Of a DNA stretch of 61,002 nt, positions 1-8,536 are shown in pieces. The stretch's first letter is position 1; every line of letters begins with the position of its first letter. The stretch covers positions 1 through 61,002 of the IMG/VR virus record IMGVR_UViG_3300010396_000049; one strand, written 5' to 3'. The DNA comes from a virus. Lineage: Duplodnaviria > Caudoviricetes. Below the pieces are notes generated by a model. That model saw only the letters and a program-made list of their open reading frames with translations, searched no databases and had not been told where the DNA came from. The position numbers and the translations under genes were made by a program.

Positions 1-123
1 CATCTATCGAACCCCTTACATCATTCCTGCATTTTCACATAATTCATTAATTCTTAAACAAAAAGAGCTACTCGTAATAGAAGAAAAAAAGGGGCTTTCG
101 TTGAAAGTCCCTCAGGGTGGAGC
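1..123 (+). repeat. Exact terminal direct repeat (copy 1), most likely circular-assembly overlap
   Basis: 1-123 identical to 60880-61002; integrase reading frame runs continuously across it. Confidence 0.95.
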
Positions 124-190
124 CCAGGGGACTATAATCGAACCCCTAACCAATCTCCTCTCCTTCCTTCATTCTACTCGAGTGGCGTAG
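2..190 (+). CDS. C-terminal end of the serine integrase in the circular form (IYRTPYII...GGAQGTIIEPLTNLLSFLHSTRVA*)
   Basis: Same frame as 59483 ORF via the overlap. Confidence 0.85.
   Translation: MYRTPYIIPAFSHNSLILKQKELLVIEEKKGLSLKVPQGGAQGTIIEPLTNLLSFLHSTRVA
84..111 (-). terminator. Intrinsic terminator just downstream of the tRNA-like 3' end
   Basis: Minus strand GGGACTTTC-AAC-GAAAGCCCC followed by T7. Confidence 0.6.
116..147 (-). other. Putative attP resembling a tRNA-Ala/tmRNA 3' end
   Basis: Minus strand AGGGG-TTCGATTATAGT-CCCCT-GGGCTCC-A-CC: 5-bp T stem, T-loop expanded by 5 nt, acceptor 3' strand with U70, discriminator A; lies within the integrase 3' end. Confidence 0.7.
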
Positions 191-197
191 TAGCGCT

Positions 198-806
198 ATG
201 TACGAAGCTTTTCCATTACAATGGCCTGTAGGCTATAAGCGGACTCCGGAAAGGGATAGGTTCTCTTCTCAGTTCAAGCAAACTATGCCCGGGGCGCAGG
301 CATTTCTCAAAAAAGAAATCGAGCGCCTGAAAGCTACTGATCTCATTATTTCAACAAATATACCGGTACGCAAAAGTGACGGCGGATTTTATTCCGACTG
401 GATGAGCCGGCGCATGGAAGATCCTGGCGTGGCTATCTATTTTAAAGTGGATGGCAAAGACAGGTCTATGTGTTGCGACCAATACCTTAAAGTTTGGGAA
501 AATATGTACGCACTTGGAAAAGGGCTGGAAGCTTTGCGCGGCATAGAGCGGTGGGGAATCAGCGAATTTTTAGAACGAGCCTTCACCGGGTTCCCGGCGC
601 TGCCTGAGTCGTCAACGCTCGTTGAAGAAAGAATTTGGAATATCCTGGGATTAAGTAAAAGAGCTTCATCACCTGCAGAGATAAGGGAAGCATACAAACG
701 ACAGGCAAGAAAATGCCATCCTGATGCCGGAGGCACCGCTGATCAGTTTGACTTACTGCAGAAAGCCTACAAACAAGCCTTATTTCAATTTAATGAACAA
801 ATTTAA
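198..806 (+). CDS. Phage protein with C-terminal J domain
   Basis: ILGL...EIREAYKRQARKCHPDAGG (HPD motif). Confidence 0.85.
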   Translation: MYEAFPLQWPVGYKRTPERDRFSSQFKQTMPGAQAFLKKEIERLKATDLIISTNIPVRKSDGGFYSDWMSRRMEDPGVAIYFKVDGKDRSMCCDQYLKVWENMYALGKGLEALRGIERWGISEFLERAFTGFPALPESSTLVEERIWNILGLSKRASSPAEIREAYKRQARKCHPDAGGTADQFDLLQKAYKQALFQFNEQI

Positions 807-870
807 AATAACGAATGAATAGGGAACATAAAATAAAAACAGGCTAAAACGCCCCAGCCAGGCAAACCAT

Positions 871-1005
871 ACAGTTTTATTTATTGCTGTAAATAAAACT
901 GAATCGCCGCCCAAATCGGGCGGACAGACAGGCTCTTCGGAGGCGTGCCACTGGCTATGCCTTTACCCTTTTTAAACAGGGCCGGAGACGGGCTGTAGCA
1001 ACGCC
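871..1005 (+). other. Structured intergenic element (multi-hairpin, candidate RNA)
   Basis: 12-bp hairpin 872-901, CCGCCC/GGGCGG, cUUCGg tetraloop (933-942), CCG-GAGA-CGG GNRA loop (981-990). Confidence 0.5.
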
Positions 1006-1062
1006 TTTGCGCTTTCAACGTAAAGTTAGCAACAATATTATATCTATTTAAAATTTATTAAA

Positions 1063-1815
1063 ATGCAACATACAGAGTCTTCCATTAAAGTTTATCAAAC
1101 GTACGATTATGACCGTTTCCGAATGATTAATGGCAACCGCGGCATCAATCTTAATAAGATTCAAAAAATTATAAAGGACGTACAGGGCGGTAATAACATG
1201 CTTCCTTATAAACCAATCGAAACAAATGAGCGCGGAAACATGCTGGATATACTCGATGGGCAACACAGGTATATTGTCAGTAAAAAAACAAATAATCCTG
1301 TTTTTTATTTCCTGGTGGCCGAAGAAAAAACGATGAATAATATCGCTACTGTAAACAGCCTGGTAGATAAATGGAAATACACTGATTATATAAATTGTTA
1401 CAGTGCCCAAAATAGCCAGGATTACAAGGAATTGGGTGAAGCCCTGAACCGTTATAAAACAACTCCTGGAATTACGATCGTATTATTCGAAACCGGCATT
1501 CCTGGTAAAACAAGTGCCGGAAAGTTGTCAGAAAATTTCTTTTCAGGCAAGTTTAAGATCCGCCATAGAATGGAAGCGCTTGAACTTTTAGACTTGGCAA
1601 AATCATTTGATTTTTACGATCAATGGAACTGCCGGGAATTCATAATTTCTATTTATAAAATCAAGAAGGCAAATTTAATTTCAATGGATGAATTGAAAGA
1701 TCAATTGCATAAGCATAAGGATAAGCTGCTGCCACAAAAATCATCCAAACAATTTTTATTTCACCTGGAACAAATTTTCAACACCGGTAAACAAAAAAGA
1801 TGCGTGATATCATGA
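1063..1815 (+). CDS. ParB/Srx-like (DGQHR motif) protein
   Basis: GNRGIN...ILDGQHRY. Confidence 0.7.
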   Translation: MQHTESSIKVYQTYDYDRFRMINGNRGINLNKIQKIIKDVQGGNNMLPYKPIETNERGNMLDILDGQHRYIVSKKTNNPVFYFLVAEEKTMNNIATVNSLVDKWKYTDYINCYSAQNSQDYKELGEALNRYKTTPGITIVLFETGIPGKTSAGKLSENFFSGKFKIRHRMEALELLDLAKSFDFYDQWNCREFIISIYKIKKANLISMDELKDQLHKHKDKLLPQKSSKQFLFHLEQIFNTGKQKRCVIS

Positions 1816-2261
1816 TGGAATTTTCTGAAACAGAACGCTCCATCATTCAAAATATGATGGCTACTAAATCTCATAAGGAGATTGCTTTTATGGTTGATAG
1901 AAACATAGAAGATGTAGCCGCATTCATAAAAAAACTTTGCGCGGAAACGGGATTGCCTGCCAGGCAGCAAAAGCTTGATGATAAAAGAAAGCACAGGCCG
2001 GACAAAGTTTCTTTAAAAAAACTTGAAAAGAAATCAGAAGCGGCACTGCTAAACCGCGAACAAAAAGAGCGAAACCGGCAAGAGCGCAGAAGAATAAATC
2101 ACGAGAAGGAAAAGGAACGCATAGAAAATGAGCAGCGGTTTGAAACCAAAAAAGAGGATTATTCCAACAAGGTGATGGTAAAAGTTGACCGCAATACTTA
2201 CATCTACGCCGAGCGTGGAAAAGAACAGCAGGCACGTAATGAATATTTAAATAGGTATTGA
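1812..2261 (+). CDS. Hypothetical protein, possible N-terminal HTH
   Basis: ATGA overlap with upstream stop; KSHKEIAFMVDRN. Confidence 0.6.
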   Translation: MMEFSETERSIIQNMMATKSHKEIAFMVDRNIEDVAAFIKKLCAETGLPARQQKLDDKRKHRPDKVSLKKLEKKSEAALLNREQKERNRQERRRINHEKEKERIENEQRFETKKEDYSNKVMVKVDRNTYIYAERGKEQQARNEYLNRY

Positions 2262-2280
2262 CTGTAATTAAAAATAAATC

Positions 2281-3195
2281 ATGGCTACATCAAAAATAGA
2301 ATGGACAGATAAAACCTGGAACCCTGTAACCGGTTGCACCAAAGTAAGCCAGGGCTGTAAAAATTGTTATGCAGAAAAAATGTATGAGCGCTTTCACACA
2401 AAAGGATCTTTCAAAATTGTCGTAATGCATCACGATAGGTTAAGTCAGCCGGCGGACTGGAAAAAGCCATGCAAAATATTTGTCAACAGCATGAGCGACC
2501 TTTTTCATGAAGAAGTATCTTTTGTGTTTATCAACGCCATTTTCTCTGTAATGTCAGATTGGAGCAATCACATTTTCCAGGTGCTGACCAAGCGCCCGCA
2601 AAGAATGCTTGAATTTTTTGAATGGAAATACAGGCAATTTAATATTCAATGGGAGCCGTCTGATAATGTTTGGCTCGGAGTGAGCGTAGAGGATCAGGCA
2701 ACCGCCAACGAAAGAATTCATTACCTGAATTACATACCTGCAGCCGTTAAATTCCTATCATGCGAACCATTACTCGGGCCAATTGATTTTGAAAAATCTA
2801 TTGGCGAAAGTTTAAAATGGCATGCAGGCGGATTAAAGAACTGCATTAGCTGGATAATCGTTGGCGGCGAAAGCGGCCCCGGAGCCAGGCCCATGCATCC
2901 GGATTGGGCAAGATCCATTCGCGATCAATGCGAAGCTGCAGGTGTTCCTTTTTTCTTTAAGCAGTGGGGCGAATTTGGCTATTTCGAACGGTTTCCGATT
3001 GAAGTTGATTACCTCAGAAAGATCAAACATTATTGGTCGGATGGGCGCTATTACATTGTTGAGAAAAGTACACCCGCCATTAATATAACCAACTTTCCTA
3101 TCGCTTGCCGTCTTGGTAAGAAAGCCGCAGGCAATCATCTCGACGGTAAACAATATCTCGAATTCCCTAAAACAAAAAATCAACTTATAAGTTGA
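2281..3195 (+). CDS. Phage Gp37/Gp68 (DUF5131) family protein
   Basis: IEWTDKTWNPVTGCTKVSQGCKNCYA, FVNSMSDLFH, SCEPLLGP, VGGESG, FFFKQWG. Confidence 0.92.
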   Translation: MATSKIEWTDKTWNPVTGCTKVSQGCKNCYAEKMYERFHTKGSFKIVVMHHDRLSQPADWKKPCKIFVNSMSDLFHEEVSFVFINAIFSVMSDWSNHIFQVLTKRPQRMLEFFEWKYRQFNIQWEPSDNVWLGVSVEDQATANERIHYLNYIPAAVKFLSCEPLLGPIDFEKSIGESLKWHAGGLKNCISWIIVGGESGPGARPMHPDWARSIRDQCEAAGVPFFFKQWGEFGYFERFPIEVDYLRKIKHYWSDGRYYIVEKSTPAINITNFPIACRLGKKAAGNHLDGKQYLEFPKTKNQLIS

Positions 3196-3216
3196 TTTAC
3201 TATAAAAAATAAAATC

Positions 3217-3483
3217 ATGTGCAATTGCATCAAAGAAACAACAAAAACCGCCAGCAAACATATTGTTGAAAAGATAGAAAAGGAAACCAATGTTGCTGAG
3301 TGGCTCAACAAAGGGATTTTTGATAATGTAGGCTATTCTCCGAACGGCGGCAGCAAAATAGGAATGCCTTTCATCGTTAATTACCGAAGACGGAAATCGA
3401 ACGGCGAACCAGAAAAAAATGTTACTACGAAGCACACTTTTATTTACCCAACTTATTGCCCGTTTTGCGGTGAAAAATGTTAG
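3217..3483 (+). CDS. Small Cys-containing hypothetical protein
   Basis: MCNC...YCPFCG. Confidence 0.7.
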   Translation: MCNCIKETTKTASKHIVEKIEKETNVAEWLNKGIFDNVGYSPNGGSKIGMPFIVNYRRRKSNGEPEKNVTTKHTFIYPTYCPFCGEKC

Positions 3484-4418
3484 AAGCTGCTACCATACCG
3501 TTCGTTGAAGTTTCCGTGCCGGAAGAGCTGGTGAACTATGCATTGACAGAAACGAAGGTGTGTGGGCAATACCTAACCACAAGAAAAAAAGGGAACCGGA
3601 CGCATCCTTACATGAAGGTGCTAGGGTTATACCTTCTTTTAAAAGCCGAGAGCCCTGGCTCCGGATTGATCCAAAACTATGTAAAACAAATTCCGGCGTT
3701 GTGCGCCAACTTCTCTCTTTCGCGGCGATCGTTCTACTACCTTCTTGGTGCGCTTGAGCGAATGAAGCTGATAACGAAAGAAGATGGCAATCTCCGGATC
3801 GCCAGTTGGCAGCAACTCGGAAAAACACTCAATATTTCAACAAAAGGAAAAACCAAAATACAATTCAATTATGATGGTAAACAAAAAATTCATTGGTGGT
3901 TTGCCGCCTTAGATATTAAAGGCAACCAGGAAACCCAGCAGTATATGATCTGGAAAAAAGTGAACAAACATTCGGAAGCAAAAAATGAACTACTAACGGC
4001 AATGCGTAAACGCGGTTTTGATGATAGCAAAATCAACAACCCGGAATATTTTTCCGGCCGCTTATTCGAGCTGTATGTAGAAGATTTCCGCACCGGCACA
4101 GAAGTCCACGACATCCTCATACATATACGGTCGGATACCAACAGGAGCGTAAAAAAATTAGCGTATGACTGGTGCATTAGCTCGCAGTTGACGAGCTATT
4201 GGAAAAAGAAAATGCGCCAGCAGCAGATCATAGATGTGGTAAAAATGCAGGTAGTGAGCGAGTGGACGCGCGGTACCAATGAGTGCCATAAGAACAAATT
4301 TTGCCATGTTATTTGGAACGATAAACTAAAAGAAAGAGTATGGTTTTTATGCGATCAGATAAGCGTACTGATGCCCTGGAAGTGGCAGGAATTTTTGGAA
4401 AATTTAAAGGCCGCGTAG
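3477..4418 (+). CDS. Hypothetical DNA-binding protein, candidate replication initiator
   Basis: wHTH-like segment (LSRRSFYYLLGALERMKLI); followed by a DnaA-box-rich intergenic region; function inferred. Confidence 0.5.
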   Translation: MLEAATIPFVEVSVPEELVNYALTETKVCGQYLTTRKKGNRTHPYMKVLGLYLLLKAESPGSGLIQNYVKQIPALCANFSLSRRSFYYLLGALERMKLITKEDGNLRIASWQQLGKTLNISTKGKTKIQFNYDGKQKIHWWFAALDIKGNQETQQYMIWKKVNKHSEAKNELLTAMRKRGFDDSKINNPEYFSGRLFELYVEDFRTGTEVHDILIHIRSDTNRSVKKLAYDWCISSQLTSYWKKKMRQQQIIDVVKMQVVSEWTRGTNECHKNKFCHVIWNDKLKERVWFLCDQISVLMPWKWQEFLENLKAA

Positions 4419-4439
4419 CGCGCCCAACCGCCCAGTGCA

Positions 4440-4606
4440 AAAAATTGTATGAACAGTAAGTGGATAAATGTTGTTAAGAATATTTTACATACTCAGCATA
4501 CTTAACATAATACTGTGCATAATATGCATAGTATGTACAGTAGCGGCTTTCAAAAGTTTTCAACATGTGCATTAATCAAACGAATAAAACCCTTAAATGT
4601 GAACAA
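4440..4606. promoter_or_regulatory. AT-rich cluster of DnaA-box-like 9-mers (candidate origin)
   Basis: TGTGCATAA 4514-4522 (fits TTATNCACA), AGTGGATAA 4459, TTTTCAACA 4557, TGTGCATTA 4566, TGTGAACAA 4598. Confidence 0.5.
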
Positions 4607-4608
4607 CT

Positions 4609-4953
4609 ATGGACGAAAAACGAACACCATGCCGGTTTGATATGTTTACCAGGAGAAAAAAGACGGCAACGGCGCCGGTAAAAAATGCGAAAGAAATCTT
4701 TACCTACCGTGGGGACCGGTATTCGAGCGAGCCGGAAAAGATGCTGCAGCTGCTGATCGGGATGGTAAAAAACCACCGGCGCCAATTTGCAGTGATGATG
4801 ATAAGGGATAATAGTAAACCGCCGGGTAACCCGGAACATATCATCCTGAAAATTTTAAATGGAGAACCGAAAATTAACCGGCTGCCGGAATATTCAGAAC
4901 TGATAAAAAATTATTCTCTTCCGGAATATTTGAGTTATGAAATAACCGACTAA
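4609..4953 (+). CDS. Hypothetical protein
   Basis: ORF in operon orientation. Confidence 0.6.
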   Translation: MDEKRTPCRFDMFTRRKKTATAPVKNAKEIFTYRGDRYSSEPEKMLQLLIGMVKNHRRQFAVMMIRDNSKPPGNPEHIILKILNGEPKINRLPEYSELIKNYSLPEYLSYEITD

Positions 4954-4964
4954 AAAATTTAAAT

Positions 4965-5264
4965 ATGGTTTATATAGACAATTTCAATGCGCCATTTTTA
5001 AGAATGAAAATGTGCCACATGATTGCTGATTCAACTGAAGAATTGTTAGCCATGGTTGATAAAATTGGAGTTAGTAGAAAATGGATTCAATACCCTGGCA
5101 CCTACAATGAACACTTTGATATTTGCTTAACTAAAAAACGTAAGGCATTAGAATTAGGAGCCACAGAAGTTTCTGCAAGAGAATTAGCAAAAAAGATTAA
5201 CGAAAGAAATTTATTAAACTCAATTAATCAAAATGAAACTACTCCTCACGCGCCAATACCTTGA
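4965..5264 (+). CDS. DUF4031-like protein
   Basis: MVYID...MCHMIADSTEEL...WIQ...EHFDI. Confidence 0.8.
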   Translation: MVYIDNFNAPFLRMKMCHMIADSTEELLAMVDKIGVSRKWIQYPGTYNEHFDICLTKKRKALELGATEVSARELAKKINERNLLNSINQNETTPHAPIP

Positions 5265-5565
5265 TGACCTCTGCGGGTATTTTCTGCCCTACATGATCAT
5301 GGTGTTAGAAAGCCGGCTGAAGCTGAGCCGAAATACCGAAAACGAATTGGCTGAAATCGTTTGCCTCAGCGTGTTAGAAGATTTGGAAATCATGTTTCAA
5401 AGAAAAACTTTGACCGTGCAACAAAAGTTTACCATCAAATTAAAAAAAGCGGAAGCCGTGATACTGATGAAATTAATGATGCAGTTTCCGCTCAATGCGG
5501 AAGAATTCTGGCGCATGAATTTAAGAAACCAAATTATAGAACAGCTACACAAACAACTCGTATGA
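5233..5565 (+). CDS. Hypothetical protein
   Basis: Overlapping ORF in operon. Confidence 0.6.
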   Translation: MKLLLTRQYLDDLCGYFLPYMIMVLESRLKLSRNTENELAEIVCLSVLEDLEIMFQRKTLTVQQKFTIKLKKAEAVILMKLMMQFPLNAEEFWRMNLRNQIIEQLHKQLV

Positions 5566-5864
5566 TGCCCACATTTTTAGGCGAGCCATTTTATCCCTGG
5601 GGATTCCCATTGCCAGCTAAAGAAATAGTTTTTCAATTTAAAGATACGCGTCAATCTGTTGAAGAAATAAAGTTGAAGTATTATGAAGAAAAAACCTCTG
5701 AAAAGGAAGTGGAATTGATAAAAGAATATGTGTTGTATTACATCGGCGCGCCGGTTTTCAAAGTAGAATTTGATAACCAGGCCCAGGAAGAATTTTTTAA
5801 AACACAAATGCCTTTGGACGATATGCTGGATTTCTTGTTAGATGCAGGGATAGATCCTTTGTAA
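5562..5864 (+). CDS. Hypothetical protein
   Basis: ATGA-coupled start at 5562. Confidence 0.6.
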   Translation: MMPTFLGEPFYPWGFPLPAKEIVFQFKDTRQSVEEIKLKYYEEKTSEKEVELIKEYVLYYIGAPVFKVEFDNQAQEEFFKTQMPLDDMLDFLLDAGIDPL

Positions 5865-5865
5865 A

Positions 5866-5900
5866 CCTCACCCCGGCCCTCTCCCGAGGAGAGGGGGAAG
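5866..5900 (+). repeat. REP-like palindrome CCTCACCCCGGCCCTCTCC..GGAGAGGG
   Basis: Related copies at 25331-25367, 30089-30122 and 53891-53923 (reverse). Confidence 0.75.
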
Positions 5901-5933
5901 AAATTAATTTAATAACATTTAAAAATAAAAACG

Positions 5934-6191
5934 ATGACTTCACTTCAAAAAGCAATTGTAAAAAACCTGCTGGAAGGCGCTACCATCGCCAACTGTAAAA
6001 GCAGCGGCTTCAGGCTGCGCACGCACAACGGTTCGGTAATAGCAAAATTTTATTCGCCCACATTTTATTCGCTAAAAAAATATTTGCGAAAAGAAAAGAG
6101 CGGATTGTTTGTGATCAATAAAAATGAAGTGCGCCAGCTTCATGGCAAGTCCTGGATAAAGAAAGAGTATAAAAAATTACAAACCGCGTGA
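5934..6191 (+). CDS. Hypothetical protein
   Basis: ORF with A-rich leader. Confidence 0.6.
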   Translation: MTSLQKAIVKNLLEGATIANCKSSGFRLRTHNGSVIAKFYSPTFYSLKKYLRKEKSGLFVINKNEVRQLHGKSWIKKEYKKLQTA

Positions 6192-6418
6192 GGCTTGAAT
6201 TACATATCAACGGATCTTTTTTTTATGCTGCAGAGATAGAGGAAAAGAAAATGGCACCATTTGCATTTCAATTTAAATCAAGAGTCAGCATGAACCAGGA
6301 AACAGTAAATATGTTGGTAATGGTACTAAAGGCACATTTCTACAAGCAGCTTTCAAACGTAAGTGAATACGAAATATATTTTGTAGCAGAGAGTAGAGGG
6401 GATTCAATTATCATTTAA
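6188..6418 (+). CDS. Hypothetical protein
   Basis: GTGA-coupled ORF. Confidence 0.5.
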   Translation: MRLELHINGSFFYAAEIEEKKMAPFAFQFKSRVSMNQETVNMLVMVLKAHFYKQLSNVSEYEIYFVAESRGDSIII

Positions 6419-6430
6419 AAAATTAAAACC

Positions 6431-6727
6431 ATGTTTTTTCCTAGAACTTTAGATGAAGCCGTAGATTATTTACTACCAAAATTTGACGGCATGGAAAAAT
6501 ATTTCGGGATGAATGAAGAAGAATTTACATCTTTTTGCCACAGCCAAAGAAGTGGTGGAATAGGAATGTCTATTAGAAATGAAATGGGTTTCTGGACCAA
6601 AAACACGCTAATTTATAAGCACATGATTGAAGTGCAGAAATTGGATCATCCGGATGCGATGAGCAAGTTAATTCTAACCATGATTTACAGGAAAAAAGTA
6701 TCTCAAATTAATCAACTTAAAAAATAA
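6431..6727 (+). CDS. DUF6794-like protein
   Basis: PRTLDEA...GMSIRNEMGFW...HPDAMS. Confidence 0.6.
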   Translation: MFFPRTLDEAVDYLLPKFDGMEKYFGMNEEEFTSFCHSQRSGGIGMSIRNEMGFWTKNTLIYKHMIEVQKLDHPDAMSKLILTMIYRKKVSQINQLKK

Positions 6728-6729
6728 AA

Positions 6730-7101
6730 ATGCAATACAGCCCAAAATTAAAAATAGCAATGGAGGAGATTAAAGAAATTCTCAACAAGCATGATATCGC
6801 CGGATTTATTATTCTTCATACGCCCGGCTTTTCTGAATACCTGAATCATTTAATGGCTTCATATTCCTGCGCGAAAGTTATGCCTGATGGAATCAGGCTA
6901 AAATTAAAACAAAGCGAAGTTGGAAAAGAAAAAGCTGAACAGATAGCAAATGACACTTTTAATATGATCGTTCATTTAACCAGGCATCTCTCGAATAATT
7001 CAATGATGTATATGAATTGTGAAAAATTATTAAAAGAAAAATTAGGTGGAACTGAATTACCTGGAGGCGGCCATACTTCGCATGAGCAACAAAATAATTA
7101 A
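6730..7101 (+). CDS. Hypothetical protein
   Basis: ORF in operon. Confidence 0.65.
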   Translation: MQYSPKLKIAMEEIKEILNKHDIAGFIILHTPGFSEYLNHLMASYSCAKVMPDGIRLKLKQSEVGKEKAEQIANDTFNMIVHLTRHLSNNSMMYMNCEKLLKEKLGGTELPGGGHTSHEQQNN

Positions 7102-7133
7102 AACTAAATATATTTTTCAAAAAATCTAAAATA

Positions 7134-7700
7134 ATGAAAGTAATATCACTCCTTCAGCCATGGGCAACACTTGTTGTTACCGGCGCTAAAAAAATTGAAA
7201 CTCGTTCCTGGAACACTACTTATAGAGGCCCATTACTCATTCATGCAAGTAAGAAAATGACCAAGGCCCAGAAAGAACTAACACATTCAAAAATGTTTTG
7301 GAGCAAATTAAAACATTTGGAAGAGTTACCACTAGGTTGTATTGTTGGTAAGGCTGACATCATAAAAACTGCTTCAACAGAATATTTCAATTGTTTCTTT
7401 CAAGTAAAAAAATTTAAAGAATTACAGGCTCTTACCGGGCCGGGATCGGTTAATTTAAAAACAAAAGACGAGCAGGCGTTCGGTGATTTTTCAAAAGGAA
7501 GATTTGGCTGGCTTCTTAAAGATCCTGTTTCATTTGAACATCATTATCCTGTAAACGGGAATAGAAGCTTGTGGGATTTCAATGAAAGAATTTGTTTACA
7601 ATGCGGATGCTCAGAAAGCGACGCCTGCGTAGACCCGGACTTTGGTTCGTGCTGGTGGGCGGAAGATTATTTATGCAGCCACTGCACAAAAATAGTTTAA
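7134..7700 (+). CDS. ASCH-domain protein with C-terminal Cys cluster
   Basis: SLLQPWA...GAKKIETRSW...RGPLLIHAS; CLQCGCSESDAC...CWW...LCSHC. Confidence 0.88.
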   Translation: MKVISLLQPWATLVVTGAKKIETRSWNTTYRGPLLIHASKKMTKAQKELTHSKMFWSKLKHLEELPLGCIVGKADIIKTASTEYFNCFFQVKKFKELQALTGPGSVNLKTKDEQAFGDFSKGRFGWLLKDPVSFEHHYPVNGNRSLWDFNERICLQCGCSESDACVDPDFGSCWWAEDYLCSHCTKIV

Positions 7701-7716
7701 AACTAAAAATTAAATC

Positions 7717-7959
7717 ATGAATATTTATTTCCATCCTGATATTGACAAAAAACAAAAAAGGTTTTTGTTTATGGAGCCCAAATATTATGAAATGCTTGCG
7801 ATGATTTCAAATGGGTTTACGGCTAAGGAATGCAGCAAAGAATTAAAAATTTCATCACGCACTATCGAGGCAAGGCTGGTAACGCTGCGGGAAGAATTTG
7901 AATGCAAAAATACGATTCATCTAATTGCAGAATTAGTCAGAAAAGGAATCATAAAATAA
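7717..7959 (+). CDS. LuxR/GerE-type HTH protein
   Basis: GFTAKECSKELKISSRTIEARL...LIAELVRKGII. Confidence 0.8.
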   Translation: MNIYFHPDIDKKQKRFLFMEPKYYEMLAMISNGFTAKECSKELKISSRTIEARLVTLREEFECKNTIHLIAELVRKGIIK

Positions 7960-7970
7960 CACTTTACTTC

Positions 7971-8405
7971 ATGGAATTAAAAAACATCGAAGCCGCCAAC
8001 AAATTATTTGAGCAATTAAAAAACGTGGACGCGGCCATCCACGCAATCAATAAGCTGGCGAAGAAAGTAGTGAATACAGAAACCACTTCTTTACTGAAGC
8101 TAACGGTCATAGATGAACGTAAAAAAAATGAGGAAGCTTCAAAAGCTTCTTTTGATGAAGACGGCTCATTGATCGGCCCCCAGGAAGAAATGTTGAGGAG
8201 GCACCTAACCCAGTCTTTTAGTTTGAATTTTGGAGGATTTTTTGGAGGCTTTGCAAAAGGTAGCCAGGATAAACCTGCGGAAGAAATCTCTCACGATCTC
8301 ACAGAAGGGGAAACGATGGCGCTTTTGCAAATGCTGCTGCATATAAAAAATAAAACACGCAAAGCAATTATTGAACAATTAAAAACCTTGGGATTCCGGG
8401 AATAA
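7971..8405 (+). CDS. Hypothetical protein
   Basis: ORF in operon. Confidence 0.6.
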   Translation: MELKNIEAANKLFEQLKNVDAAIHAINKLAKKVVNTETTSLLKLTVIDERKKNEEASKASFDEDGSLIGPQEEMLRRHLTQSFSLNFGGFFGGFAKGSQDKPAEEISHDLTEGETMALLQMLLHIKNKTRKAIIEQLKTLGFRE

Positions 8406-8536
8406 AAATTTTTAAAAATGAAAACAATATTTTTTATTGATGAAGTGCGCGAGCTGGTTGATAGTTACGCGAATAAAAAAATAACGATTGCAAAACTCAC
8501 AGAAGCCAAATTAGTAAAAACTTAAAATTTAAAATA

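Noticed and set aside
1-123. Terminal repeat as a biological direct terminal repeat of the virion DNA
   Set aside because: It cuts through the integrase ORF, and the likely packaging site is near 37.9 kb; best explained as circular-assembly overlap.
901-1005. HDV-like or other self-cleaving ribozyme
   Set aside because: Could not fit the P1/P1.1/P2/P3 nested pseudoknot or a hammerhead core by eye on either strand.
8464-8471. GTTACGCG as the left boundary of cassette 1
   Set aside because: Only 7/8 match to the expected GTTAGGCG, no extended outer arm and no preceding hairpin; left end of the array remains undefined.
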